A DNA stretch of 56,629 bases from an uncultured virus (IMG/VR IMGVR_UViG_3300022072_000005). Lineage: Duplodnaviria; Heunggongvirae; Uroviricota; Caudoviricetes. The position numbers were made by a program, and so were the translations under genes. This document shows positions 28,858 to 39,146 of this stretch, piece after piece (positions within the stretch are counted from its first letter, which is position 1; each line of letters opens with the position of its first letter). The notes below the pieces were generated by a model. The model did no database searches. It worked only from the letters and a program-made list of their open reading frames with translations, and had not been told where the DNA came from. The stretch is from the IMG/VR virus record IMGVR_UViG_3300022072_000005; one strand, 5' to 3'.

Positions 28858-30852
28858 TTACAATTTTGAATCAATTTCATTAATCATAGAAGTTAATTCA
28901 TCGTTGAACTTGACTGATTTATCGTAAATTTTAGTTATATCGTTAATTGCCATATCTTCTTTAGTCACACTCTCATCTAATAACTCAACATATTTTTTAG
29001 TTGAAATGTTTTTAGGTTTTAAAGTATTAGATTCTTTTATTAATTTACCACTTTTACGTTTATTTTCATCGGTTGTAACATCTTCAGCACCTAAGTCTTC
29101 AGCACCTAAGTCTTCACCACCTAAGTCTTCTTCACCACCTAAATCTACCTCGCCATCAATTTCATCATCTAACCCTAAATCACCAGTGTCAAAGCCACCA
29201 CCGAAGCCACCTCCACCACTACCGCCACCAGCGTCAGTACCTTCACCATCTTCTTCATCAACCATACCACCTTTTTTAGCCATATCCATATCACCATAAA
29301 CCCTATCCACCCTATCAAATACACCAGTATTTTTAATAACATTTTGTGTGTTTTCTAATTCAGCTGCGGCTGCTTTCTCAATTCTTTGCTCAAGTAAATC
29401 TTGCTTTATTTCATCATCACTCCAACCAAGTATTTCTCTCTTGGCCCTAGTCATAGACATTGCACCAAAACCATTACCAGCGTCAGAAACAGCATCTTTG
29501 TAAAGAGTTACTTTAGCAGAAGTATGTTCAATTTTAAGCATTTCAGCTTGTGTTGATGGGTTATTTAGTGTAATGGTAAAATTATCAATATCATCATGAA
29601 ATCCTAAAAGATATAAATGGATTATAGCAATTTTATTTAATTCATGTAACATTGCTTGTTGAATTCTATTGATTGTTCTTGAAAATCTAATATCCTGTAA
29701 TGCAAGGTTTTTACCTTCGCCAGTAGCTTCTTCAAAACCTAAAAAAGCTTTAGGTACTCTTAATGCGGTAAATAATTTTCTTTGTAAATATTCAATATCA
29801 GCAATTTGGTCTAAGTTCTGAGCACCTGGTAATGTGTCAATAGGGGTTTGAGCGTCTTCACTTCTTGTTGGTACAAATATGTCTTGGTCAATACCTAATT
29901 GATTGTACCTCATATCCATTTGTCCTGTTTGAGGGTCAATAAGTGGGGTACGTTTAAATCTATTTGCAATTTCATCTACATATGCTTGAACATCTTCATT
30001 ATCAATGTTACCAACAAATATTTTATAAACACGTCTTTCTGGTGCTCTAGTTACACGATAAACAAGCATTGCATCCTCAGCTAATATTAATTGTTTCCAG
30101 ATACGTCTAGTTTTTTCTAAGAAAGAAGTACCATATGGTAATTTCCTATCATCACCTAATAATCGAAAATGGGCTATTTGCCATGAGTTAAAAGTAACAT
30201 CTTTACCTTTCCAGAAAAATTTAGTTTTATTACTTTTTTCATCTGCGTTAACCCCCTCTAATTGAGATGGGGATATGATTCCATGAACATCATTTTCTCT
30301 ACGTTCTATTTCGAAGTTAGGTAATTGTCTACCGCCTACAATACCAGCGTCTTGGTCAATATTTAAATGAACGAAATTATCACCATATTTACATAGGTTT
30401 CTAGTCCACATTGGTAATGAAGTATGTATATCTAACCTATTAATAAATAAATCTTCTAATATTCTTTTAACACGCTTGCTACCAGAATAAACATTAATAA
30501 TATCACCTTTATCATTCGGGGTTGTTGATTCTTCCATGAATATATCTAACGTTGCTGATATTTCAGGGTAAAATTCCATTGTTTCGAAATCTGAATAAGA
30601 ACCAATTCTAGTCGTTTCATAATGAATCGCTTGTTGATATAACTCACCGTCAACTTTATTCCATAAATTATTTAAGTATTTATTTTGTTGAGATTGTAAT
30701 TTAGCAGTATTAAACTCACCCTTATCTTGGGTTTTTAATATTTCACCTTTACCTAATGAATATCTATTTGTTTTTTTTACATTTGGGTTTAAACCATCTT
30801 TACCAAAAACATTATTAAGTTTTTGAAATATTGTTAATTGTTGTTTTGCCAT
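28858..30852 (-). CDS. Portal protein (T4 gp20-like)
   Basis: EDAMLVYRVTRAPERRVY, IDTLPGAQNL..IADIEY...LFTALRVPK, DIRFSRTINR; acidic Gly-rich tail with 15-bp repeats. Confidence 0.95.
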   Translation of the reverse strand: MAKQQLTIFQKLNNVFGKDGLNPNVKKTNRYSLGKGEILKTQDKGEFNTAKLQSQQNKYLNNLWNKVDGELYQQAIHYETTRIGSYSDFETMEFYPEISATLDIFMEESTTPNDKGDIINVYSGSKRVKRILEDLFINRLDIHTSLPMWTRNLCKYGDNFVHLNIDQDAGIVGGRQLPNFEIERRENDVHGIISPSQLEGVNADEKSNKTKFFWKGKDVTFNSWQIAHFRLLGDDRKLPYGTSFLEKTRRIWKQLILAEDAMLVYRVTRAPERRVYKIFVGNIDNEDVQAYVDEIANRFKRTPLIDPQTGQMDMRYNQLGIDQDIFVPTRSEDAQTPIDTLPGAQNLDQIADIEYLQRKLFTALRVPKAFLGFEEATGEGKNLALQDIRFSRTINRIQQAMLHELNKIAIIHLYLLGFHDDIDNFTITLNNPSTQAEMLKIEHTSAKVTLYKDAVSDAGNGFGAMSMTRAKREILGWSDDEIKQDLLEQRIEKAAAAELENTQNVIKNTGVFDRVDRVYGDMDMAKKGGMVDEEDGEGTDAGGGSGGGGFGGGFDTGDLGLDDEIDGEVDLGGEEDLGGEDLGAEDLGAEDVTTDENKRKSGKLIKESNTLKPKNISTKKYVELLDESVTKEDMAINDITKIYDKSVKFNDELTSMINEIDSKL

Positions 30853-30909
30853 TATATTTATTTTCTATATTATACTAAATATCTGAATTAAATCAATAGT
30901 ATTCAGTTA

Positions 30910-32730
30910 TTATTTACTCCCACTAAATAACCACATGTATTGACCTGTTGGGTCTTGCATGTTTTTAGAGACTTGGGGTGTAAAATTAGGTTTCTTAATT
31001 GATTTTTTATTCCTATCCTTTCTAGATACAAAGTCATCACCTTTATATCCAGAGTCAGGTGTTCTATCACTAGCGTTTGACATTAACCAACCACTTAACA
31101 TAGCTTTACTCTTTTCTTTTGCAACGGTTAATTTTTTGAATGAATTTTCAATAACCCATAATGCGTAGGCTAACGCCATAAGTAAATCGTCATGATAACC
31201 ATCCATATGGTCAGCTCTACCACCTTTGAAAACAAATGTTTTCATTTCAGAAGTTAGTCTACGTGAACGAATTTTAATACCGTCAGTTCTAACCATCATT
31301 TCTAAATGACCAATAACTGGGGTTCTTACACCAGAAGCACAGTTAAAACCTGGGTATTTACCCTCATTTGTATATGTGGTTATTCTACTAGTTAATTTAT
31401 CTAAAGGTTTATTAGTGGTATCACCATAATATAAATTAGGTGTACCCAATTCCATACACTTATTAATAGTACCAACACCAATTCCACCAGTAATATCAAC
31501 TACAACCAAGGCATCGTAAATCCTAGCATATTCATCAACTATATAACCCAATAAATCAGCTTGTAACTTACCTTTATATTCCATTACTTGTGTCATTGTA
31601 GTGAAATCCACAATTACTATGGTAGATGAATCTTGACCATCACCCCTAGCTACATCTGAAGATAGTATGTATTGGTGACCTGCAATGGGTTTTTCCCATA
31701 TCCAAATATCACCTTCATGACCAGAGGTGTACAAAGGCTCTTTAACATTAAACTTCTCTTGGTGAATAATATATTTATCATCAATAACATTACCCCCAGA
31801 ACCAATAAAGGATACATCCAACTCTTGGGCAATCATACGTTTATTATTATTCATACCACGACACATAGCTCTATACCAACTTGAACTAGGGCTATAACCC
31901 CTTTTAATCATTGCATCAAAATTGTCATGAGTGTATTCAACTTCATCAATAACATCATCATCATCTTCATCGTTAATCCAAATCAAATCTCTAATCTTAC
32001 TTTCTTGATTCATAGTATATCTAGGGTCTTGATACCATTTCATTTCAATTACATGGAAATCATTATCACCACTCTTAGCTTGCTCATATGTCTTATAGTA
32101 CAATTCATCCATACCATTTGGTGTTGAAACCAAAGAAGCCCTTCCACCAGTACCTAAAGCAGTTAATGCCGCACCAAACACGGTAGCTCCATTATCAATA
32201 AACGCTGCTTCATCCATAATTAACCAAGTAGGTGTAAAACCCCTTAACGCATCTTTAGATGTCGCAACAGCCCTTACTCTACTACCATTAGGTAATTTAA
32301 GTTCTTTTTTAGATTCGGTTGAGTATATTGTTTTGGCTTCTTTTTCAGGTGTACCGTAATAATCACCACCCCATACCCATCTTGGGAATTGAGATATAAA
32401 GTCTTTAATTTTATCTAAGAATTCAAATGCCATATCTTGCTTATTTGCAAGAATTAGAATTGCCTCTGGGTTATTAGGGTTAGCAAATAAAACTTTAACT
32501 GCGGCATAAGCGGCAGTTGTAGTAGATACACCAGCTTGTCTAGGTTTTGTTACCATAGTAAACCTATGTTCACGATAAGCATTTACTATATCTATTTGTT
32601 TTGGAAATAGTTTAAAAGGTACGAACCCTTCTTGAGTCTTATCAAAAGTTTTTAAATATTCAGTAATCGCATAACATGGGTCCATTAAACATTTACCATA
32701 TTCTTCTAATATTTCACCACTTGTAAGCAT
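30910..32730 (-). CDS. Terminase large subunit (T4 gp17-like)
   Basis: KPRQAGVST, LIMDEAAF, STPNG, QEL..SF, DVARGDGQDSS, HDDLLMA. Confidence 0.95.
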   Translation of the reverse strand: MLTSGEILEEYGKCLMDPCYAITEYLKTFDKTQEGFVPFKLFPKQIDIVNAYREHRFTMVTKPRQAGVSTTTAAYAAVKVLFANPNNPEAILILANKQDMAFEFLDKIKDFISQFPRWVWGGDYYGTPEKEAKTIYSTESKKELKLPNGSRVRAVATSKDALRGFTPTWLIMDEAAFIDNGATVFGAALTALGTGGRASLVSTPNGMDELYYKTYEQAKSGDNDFHVIEMKWYQDPRYTMNQESKIRDLIWINDEDDDDVIDEVEYTHDNFDAMIKRGYSPSSSWYRAMCRGMNNNKRMIAQELDVSFIGSGGNVIDDKYIIHQEKFNVKEPLYTSGHEGDIWIWEKPIAGHQYILSSDVARGDGQDSSTIVIVDFTTMTQVMEYKGKLQADLLGYIVDEYARIYDALVVVDITGGIGVGTINKCMELGTPNLYYGDTTNKPLDKLTSRITTYTNEGKYPGFNCASGVRTPVIGHLEMMVRTDGIKIRSRRLTSEMKTFVFKGGRADHMDGYHDDLLMALAYALWVIENSFKKLTVAKEKSKAMLSGWLMSNASDRTPDSGYKGDDFVSRKDRNKKSIKKPNFTPQVSKNMQDPTGQYMWLFSGSK

Positions 32731-32779
32731 ACTTTTTTATATATAAATATACTAAAACTGCTTATAAACCCTCAAAAAC

Positions 32780-32807
32780 AAAAAAAGAGCACATGATGTG
32801 CTCTTTT
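32780..32807 (-). terminator. Intrinsic terminator
   Basis: AAAAGAGCACAT-G-ATGTGCTCTTTT with an A run on + (U run on -). Confidence 0.8.
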
Positions 32808-32833
32808 AATTATAATATTATTTGTGGTTTAAG

Positions 32834-34057
32834 TTAAAACCAATCTTCATCATTTAAGTTATCTAAATCTTCAGGGCCTAAATAATCATCATTATTTAAC
32901 ATATCCATAGCATTATCAAAATCATCATTTTTTAAATCATCTTTGACTTCTTCTAATAGTTCATCAATCTTAGCTTTGCCAGACCTAGTACCCATAAGGA
33001 TTTCCCTTAAAGATTCGTTAAATTCGTCAACTGGCAATGAAACTAATTCTACATAAAGGTGATGTTTTAGAGCAAAATCTTCAGGTGGTATTGTATCACA
33101 AAACTTTTCCCATATAGGGGGTCCTAATCTCATATCCCAACTTTCAGCAGACATAAAATCAGCTTTGTCTAAAACAAATTGAGCTACTTTAGAATCTTTA
33201 GGTAATCCGTGATACGATAAAATTTCCATAACACCCTTTACTATTTCATGAATTAACACTGGTAATGTCATAGCCTCAACACTAATCTTAGGTTTATCAC
33301 CTTCAGATTTAGGGAATTCAACATTTACAACACCACCAATAATTCTAGGTTTAGTGTCATCATTAATAAAATACATATAATCAGCACCAGTCATTAATTT
33401 AGCGTAACTAGATGGTAACAACGGTTCTAAATCTTGTAATTCTTGGTCAATCATATGAAACATATGGTTAGTTTTCTTAGCCGAACCTTGAATTAATGCG
33501 TTAATCATTCTACGTTTATAAACTTCTTTATTAGCTTGAACATATTCTTCGTGATTATCAAATTCAATATCGGTTGTTGGTTTAAGTTTCAACGCTTCAA
33601 TATTTTTATTTATTGACATATCAGTAGTTAACTTAGCTTCAATTTCAACATCATCTTCATCCACATCAAATTCCTCTCTAACTAATTTAATAGCTAATTC
33701 AATTAGATGGTCCTTATGTTTACTCTCTAATTTAATAATTTGTAACAATAATTGACTTTGCTCTTTTAAAAATGTTATTGGGTCAATACTGTCAACACCA
33801 TGGTGTCTTTTAAATGATTTTAAAACGTCAGTAAAACGTTTAGACATTAATTTCTCTTCAAAATTACTTTCATCATCATCTGGAAATGCTGGGTGATTAC
33901 CCAACGAATGATTTTTTTCTCTAAGCTGTGCAGCTAAACTAGGGGACATTCTTTCGTCATGACCATCCTCATAAGTAATCCTACTTTCAGTCATCAACTT
34001 ACCCTTTCTAGGTTTACTTATGGCTTTGATAGCAATAAATTTATATTTATTTGACAT
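32834..34057 (-). CDS. Hypothetical protein, possible zincin-like motif
   Basis: 407-aa ORF; KRRMINALIQG, PVLIHEIVKG, AESWDMRLGP. Confidence 0.75.
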   Translation of the reverse strand: MSNKYKFIAIKAISKPRKGKLMTESRITYEDGHDERMSPSLAAQLREKNHSLGNHPAFPDDDESNFEEKLMSKRFTDVLKSFKRHHGVDSIDPITFLKEQSQLLLQIIKLESKHKDHLIELAIKLVREEFDVDEDDVEIEAKLTTDMSINKNIEALKLKPTTDIEFDNHEEYVQANKEVYKRRMINALIQGSAKKTNHMFHMIDQELQDLEPLLPSSYAKLMTGADYMYFINDDTKPRIIGGVVNVEFPKSEGDKPKISVEAMTLPVLIHEIVKGVMEILSYHGLPKDSKVAQFVLDKADFMSAESWDMRLGPPIWEKFCDTIPPEDFALKHHLYVELVSLPVDEFNESLREILMGTRSGKAKIDELLEEVKDDLKNDDFDNAMDMLNNDDYLGPEDLDNLNDEDWF

Positions 34058-34566
34058 TATTTTTTGTTTTTTAAGTAGTTTATTAAATCTGATTTTTTTA
34101 TTCTAGGATTTATATTCTCAGTTACTTTTATTGATGGCGCACCATTTTCTTTCAATTCTTTCATCAAATTATCAAATCCTTCATCCATTCTTCGTTCCTC
34201 TCTTTCTTCATCAAAATCAAATAAATCAGGGTCATGAAAATCCTCATCTTCATCATCACCTTCACGTACTATCATGTTTGCAAACCCCTTTTCTTTAAGT
34301 GCCCCTATAAAGTTTTTTAACATACCCTTAATTTCAGCCTTTTCCTCATCACTTTTATTAAACATATTGATACCAAGTGAGTTAATTACACCAGATAAAT
34401 CAACTTTAGCATCTTCACTTATATCAGATTCATTAGTTGACTCTGGCTCTGAAGTTAAAATTAAATCATCATCAGCTACTTGAGCATCAATTTCATACTT
34501 ATTATTTTTATAAGTTTTGATATCAGTTGAAATATCAATTTCTTTTACTTTTCCTTTTTTATACAT
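34057..34566 (-). CDS. Hypothetical acidic protein
   Basis: 169-aa ORF coupled to neighbours. Confidence 0.7.
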   Translation of the reverse strand: MYKKGKVKEIDISTDIKTYKNNKYEIDAQVADDDLILTSEPESTNESDISEDAKVDLSGVINSLGINMFNKSDEEKAEIKGMLKNFIGALKEKGFANMIVREGDDEDEDFHDPDLFDFDEEREERRMDEGFDNLMKELKENGAPSIKVTENINPRIKKSDLINYLKNKK

Positions 34567-34966
34567 TTTTATAATCTTTTTTAAATTCTATTCTTATATC
34601 CCTTTCATATAATTTATTGTTAACCTCAGTTAATGATATACCAAAAGGGAAAACCAATCTATTTGTTGGGTATTCTTCCAACCCATCGATATTTTCCCAA
34701 GCTAATGGAATTACACCATCGGTTGAATCCCACATTGAAAATTGTTCATTGTTTTGGGCAACTATTAAATTACTATTAATTTCTATTTTACCAACTTGTT
34801 TAACTATATCACCACTAGGTGATGTAGGGTTTCCTGATGCTGGATAAGAATCCCATCCTTCTGCATCAATATTATCTACTGAATCGCTAAATATGAACTC
34901 GTAGAAGTATTTATCTTCATGGTCAAATCCTATTTCATGTACATATATTAAATATAAATCCCCCAT
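34559..34966 (-). CDS. Hypothetical protein
   Basis: 135-aa ORF, TAATG-coupled to the upstream gene. Confidence 0.75.
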   Translation of the reverse strand: MGDLYLIYVHEIGFDHEDKYFYEFIFSDSVDNIDAEGWDSYPASGNPTSPSGDIVKQVGKIEINSNLIVAQNNEQFSMWDSTDGVIPLAWENIDGLEEYPTNRLVFPFGISLTEVNNKLYERDIRIEFKKDYKNV

Positions 34967-36108
34967 TAAACTTCTTCAATTACAGGTATTTCTCCGTCAG
35001 TAAACTGAGCTTCAGTAGTATACCCCTTAGTGTTCATATCAATTGCACCATCAAATTTACTTACTAATACGTAATATTGTTTACCATTAGATAATATATC
35101 TGTTTGATAAATATATCTAGAATCCTCATCCCCAGAATTAAGGTTAGTTATTTCACCAGTATTTAAAAAATTGCTAACAAATCTATCAGGTTCGCCATAA
35201 ACGTCAAATTTAATTGTAACTGAATTTCCGTCTTCTGAAAATCCAGAATCTTTCACAAATTCGATATCACCACTTTTTTTTTCAGCCTTTGGTTTTGGGT
35301 CTGGAATTTGTTCAGGGATAATTCTATATGGCTTACTTCTCCTAGTTTTTCTTTCAGGCATTACTGTTGGGTCAACTTTTGGTGCGGTTTGAGGTTCCAC
35401 TGAATTTAAACTTTCTTTTACCATTTCCTTTATGTTAATTTTACCTACAATATTACTCTTTTTTTCGATATTTTCCAAATTTAAATACTTATTTTCTTCC
35501 ATACCATCATCATCAACACCTAATGAGGCATTTTGGAATACAGTTTTACCGTTAAAATTTGGGTTGTGGGACTCACCCATATCAATACCACTTAAATCCA
35601 TCCCACCTTCTTCAGTGTCATCAGCTACGTCATTAGCCCCATCATCAGTTCCGTCATCAGTTCCGTCATTAGTTCCGTCATTAGTTCCGTCATCATCTTT
35701 ACTATCACTAGTAGATGAAGATTTAACTTTAGCGATAATATCAGATTGGTCTTGTTGGTCCATTTTACTTGAATTAGTTGCGGATAAGACAGAGTTGATT
35801 GCAAATTTTTCTAAATCAAAATCTGGTTCTCCTAAGTCTTCCGTATACTTCCTAAGTGATTGACCTAATTTACCTGATAATTGTTGTATAAATTTTTCTG
35901 GGTTATCCTCTTCTGATGTTTCAACACCAGCGTCAAAAGGGGTGTCATCAAAGGGTTTCTCACTTGACGGAGCTTCTTCATCACCAAATCCATCATCTAA
36001 ACCTTCACCACCAGAAATAGGAGAACCCATGTCTTGGGCTTGTGGCTCAGGAGATGGGTTATCTAATTTAAGTTTAAACTTAGTTTCGGTTATACTTTTT
36101 TTTTTGAG
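34966..36108 (-). CDS. Acidic head-associated protein, C-terminal part (reached by a -1 shift at A10, or from ATG 36030)
   Basis: Frame is open from 36108 through KKKSITETKFKLKLD into the track ORF; 12-bp DGT(N/D) repeats near 35630-35697. Confidence 0.7.
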   Translation of the reverse strand, partial: LKKKSITETKFKLKLDNPSPEPQAQDMGSPISGGEGLDDGFGDEEAPSSEKPFDDTPFDAGVETSEEDNPEKFIQQLSGKLGQSLRKYTEDLGEPDFDLEKFAINSVLSATNSSKMDQQDQSDIIAKVKSSSTSDSKDDDGTNDGTNDGTDDGTDDGANDVADDTEEGGMDLSGIDMGESHNPNFNGKTVFQNASLGVDDDGMEENKYLNLENIEKKSNIVGKINIKEMVKESLNSVEPQTAPKVDPTVMPERKTRRSKPYRIIPEQIPDPKPKAEKKSGDIEFVKDSGFSEDGNSVTIKFDVYGEPDRFVSNFLNTGEITNLNSGDEDSRYIYQTDILSNGKQYYVLVSKFDGAIDMNTKGYTTEAQFTDGEIPVIEEV

Positions 36109-36806
36109 CTATTTTCGCCCTCTTCAATTTTTTTAATTGCAGTTGTAATGCTAAGTTTTTGGCTTTCACTTAAAACTTCACCATTTAATTGACGAATAAT
36201 ATTATCAATTGCTCTTTCACTTTCAGTTAATTCTACACTATCGTCTTCTGAAATTTCTTCATCTTCCTCTACAACAGGTGGTGTATCCACATCAGGATTA
36301 CCAGTTTCACCAGAATCGTTGATGATTTCGTCATCGTGTCCATCATTTTTACCTTCATCTTTAACAGTACCTAATAAAGTATCTGGTTGACTTGGCTTTG
36401 GATTTTCATTATAAGATTCAAAAGATTCGGCTAATAAATTATCATTCTTTAAAACATTAATAGGGTTAGTTTTATTTAACGCTTCATTAAGGCTTAAAAA
36501 TTTAAGATTTAATTGTTTAGTTGCTTTAGAGTAACTATCAAATGATTTTTCAGTTTTATTTTTCAAACCACCAACATACATAAAATCTTCAGCAATTAAG
36601 TTTTCTTTTTTATTAGAAACTTTAATAAAATATTTGTGGTTCTCTCTAACGATACCATAAACTTTTCCATCAGGACCCATTTTAGTTAATTCAACAACAG
36701 AAGTTTTAGTGTTTTCATTAATTGAAGATACACCCATTAACTTTTTCATTCGATTAAGTTGGTTATTACCTTTTAATCCCACTGGTCTAATATTATTTTT
36801 TTTCAT
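36090..36806 (-). CDS. Head-associated protein, N-terminal part
   Basis: 238-aa ORF ending SKKKV-stop at an A10 run; several (I/L)xE sites. Confidence 0.8.
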   Translation of the reverse strand: MKKNNIRPVGLKGNNQLNRMKKLMGVSSINENTKTSVVELTKMGPDGKVYGIVRENHKYFIKVSNKKENLIAEDFMYVGGLKNKTEKSFDSYSKATKQLNLKFLSLNEALNKTNPINVLKNDNLLAESFESYNENPKPSQPDTLLGTVKDEGKNDGHDDEIINDSGETGNPDVDTPPVVEEDEEISEDDSVELTESERAIDNIIRQLNGEVLSESQKLSITTAIKKIEEGENSSKKKV

Positions 36807-36820
36807 GTTTAATTTTTATT

Positions 36821-37051
36821 TTATCCGTTTATTACTGAAGGTGCGATTAATCTTTGTTTACCTAGAACAAATACATTGGTAGTGCCACTAATACTTTTAA
36901 TCAAAATATCAATTTGTCCACCAGCAATCATAGGTACAGTAGTACCATTAATTATTGGGGATGCCGCAGCATTAGCATATACTTTTGTATATACATATTC
37001 AGTTAAATCAGCGTCAGCTGATGCATGTATTACTTGTTCTAAATACCTCAT
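36821..37051 (-). CDS. Small beta-rich late protein
   Basis: 76-aa ORF with late motif at 37070. Confidence 0.7.
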   Translation of the reverse strand: MRYLEQVIHASADADLTEYVYTKVYANAAASPIINGTTVPMIAGGQIDILIKSISGTTNVFVLGKQRLIAPSVING

Positions 37052-37102
37052 TATAGTACCTTTTATTATATAAATATAACTAAAGATAGTAAAAACCCCG
37101 TT

Positions 37103-37261
37103 TTATTTAATTTTTAAACTAGCCTTATCAACTTTGAATGTAATTTTTACATTTGAAACTTTATCACTATTATAATTTAAGTCACCAAAACTAACGTTTT
37201 TTATATAACCCTTAACACTCCAAACTTCAATAGGATTACCAGTTGGGTCTAATTTTTCAAT
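37103..37261 (-). pseudogene. Remnant of a gp19-like tail tube gene
   Basis: IEKLDPTGNPIEVWSVKGYIKNVSFGDLNYNSDKVSNVKITFKVDKASLKIK-stop; in-frame TAA three codons upstream. Confidence 0.65.
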
Positions 37262-37313
37262 AAAACTTTATTAATAAATATTGAAAAATCATTTTTTATA
37301 AGATAAACAATTT

Positions 37314-38597
37314 TTAATTTGATAATGGTGCTTTAATTGATGGGTGTGACTTATAGTTAGTTATATGGAAATCACTTATTTCCATACCCTTGATAGTCCA
37401 ATCAAATGTCTCTGGCGTTCTATCTGGATTCCAAAACTCATCATTGATAATCAAATTAGGTAAATCAAATGGCTGTCTATCATGTATAGGTAATTCTAAC
37501 TTAGCTAATTTTGCCTTAGCGACCCTTTCAATATCACGTTGTTTTCCAGCTTCTTTGTAGTCCATATCTTTAACCGCTTGTGTTTTTAACCTTTTAGCAG
37601 TTACAAACGTCTCAAAAGATTCTGCGTCTAATTCTTTAAATATTTTATTTAACTGTTTATCTGATAATTCAGAACCCATTTGTTCTGTAGCTTGGTCAAT
37701 GTGATTCAAATATAAATGTGTATCACCCAAATTACCGATAAGTTCATCAGGAATCATATTAACTTCTTTGGCTAGTATTTCTAATAACAAACCATATGAG
37801 GCAATATTAAATGGTAAACCTAAAAACGTGTCCACTGAACGTTGATTCCACATAAGGGAAATGGCTCTAGTTGGGATATCAAATGCGTTTGCATCTTGAT
37901 TTACTTCACGTTCAAATTCTTCATTCGAAAAACAGTTATCCCTACTACTGGTCGTTCCATGCTTCTTATTCATTAAATCACAACGTTCTTGTGTTGTAAA
38001 CTCTCTAGTATAAACTTGAAATCCATAATGACAAGGTGGTAAGGTCATACTATCAATCTCACCCACATTCCATGCGTTAACCATCATTCTTCTTGAATCT
38101 GGATTGGTTTTAAGGGTTTCTATTACGTTAGCTATTTGGTCATATGACTTATTTCCTTTCCCACCAATACTTTTTATTTGACCACTCCAACTTCTCCATT
38201 GTTTACCGTAGATAGGTCCTAATTCACCCCATTTTTTAGCAAACTCATCATCATTTTTGATTTCATTTATAAATTCTTTTTCATCTAACCACACACCATG
38301 TTTACCACGTTCCATTTCAGTTGCATATTTCTTATATGCATCACCATTCCAAATATTAGAACCATTATCTACAAGATACTTTATATTGGTATCACCTTTT
38401 AGAAACCACATTAACTCGGTTACTATAACTTTCCATGGCATTTTTTTTGTAGTTAACAAGGGAAACCCTTCTGACATTTTATGTCTTATTTGCCTACCGA
38501 ATACTGATTTTGTTCCACCACTTCTAGTGACCTTTTCAGTCCCATTTTTCATTATATCCTTTAATAACTCTTGATAATCTAAATCTAATTTATTCAT
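37314..38597 (-). CDS. thyA: Thymidylate synthase with insertions
   Basis: FPLLTTKK, ELMWFLKG, GPIYGKQWR, DSRRMM..WN, LPPCH, QRSVDTFLGLPFNIASY, DTHLY.NH. Confidence 0.95.
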   Translation of the reverse strand: MNKLDLDYQELLKDIMKNGTEKVTRSGGTKSVFGRQIRHKMSEGFPLLTTKKMPWKVIVTELMWFLKGDTNIKYLVDNGSNIWNGDAYKKYATEMERGKHGVWLDEKEFINEIKNDDEFAKKWGELGPIYGKQWRSWSGQIKSIGGKGNKSYDQIANVIETLKTNPDSRRMMVNAWNVGEIDSMTLPPCHYGFQVYTREFTTQERCDLMNKKHGTTSSRDNCFSNEEFEREVNQDANAFDIPTRAISLMWNQRSVDTFLGLPFNIASYGLLLEILAKEVNMIPDELIGNLGDTHLYLNHIDQATEQMGSELSDKQLNKIFKELDAESFETFVTAKRLKTQAVKDMDYKEAGKQRDIERVAKAKLAKLELPIHDRQPFDLPNLIINDEFWNPDRTPETFDWTIKGMEISDFHITNYKSHPSIKAPLSN

Positions 38598-38610
38598 TTA
38601 ATTTCCAATT

Positions 38611-39036
38611 TTAACGTTTCTCAATATAATACTCAATTCCCGAAACTACACCATCAATTCTTTTGTCAGATAACACTAATTTAGCATCAATTTCAGAAAT
38701 TAACTCTAACATTTTTGTTTTAAGAGCTTCAGCATAACCTTGAAGTTCTTCCTTTATAAGGGCTTTAACTTCTTCTGAAATAATCTCAGCATCAATCTTA
38801 CCAAGGGCTTCAAAAGAGTATTTTTTTATGTGAGTATTTAAAACCTTACCTTGACTATCAGCCATTTCAAATCTAGTATAATCTGTTAAAGGCACGTCAA
38901 AGTACTTATATTGACCACCATGTTTAAATACTATGGTTAATTCATTTACATTTTCTTTATATTCTGATGCCAAAATATTTGAAGATTCGTAAAAACTTTT
39001 TACAACACCCTCATTTGCAGTTCTTTTTAATAACAT
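38611..39036 (-). CDS. KTSC-domain protein
   Basis: SSNILASEY...LTIVFKHGGQYKYFDVP...ADSQGKVLN..IK. Confidence 0.85.
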   Translation of the reverse strand: MLLKRTANEGVVKSFYESSNILASEYKENVNELTIVFKHGGQYKYFDVPLTDYTRFEMADSQGKVLNTHIKKYSFEALGKIDAEIISEEVKALIKEELQGYAEALKTKMLELISEIDAKLVLSDKRIDGVVSGIEYYIEKR

Positions 39037-39061
39037 AATTCCTATCTTTTATTGTTTAAAG

Positions 39062-39122
39062 CAAATATACATCAAAAAAAATAAAAAACAACTTGTTTTT
39101 TGAATATTTTTAAGTACCTTTG
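39062..39122. promoter_or_regulatory. Divergent Bacteroidota-type promoters (KTSC-thyA and clpC)
   Basis: TATATTTG on - (39062-39069); TTG-N19-TACCTTTG on + (39093-39122). Confidence 0.7.
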
Positions 39123-39146
39123 TATCGAATTTAAACTAATTATTAT

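Noticed and set aside
22343..32730. Inteins or introns in capsid, portal or terminase genes
   Set aside because: ORFs are continuous; the extra length is insertion domains or acidic tails without C/S...HN splice motifs or endonuclease signatures
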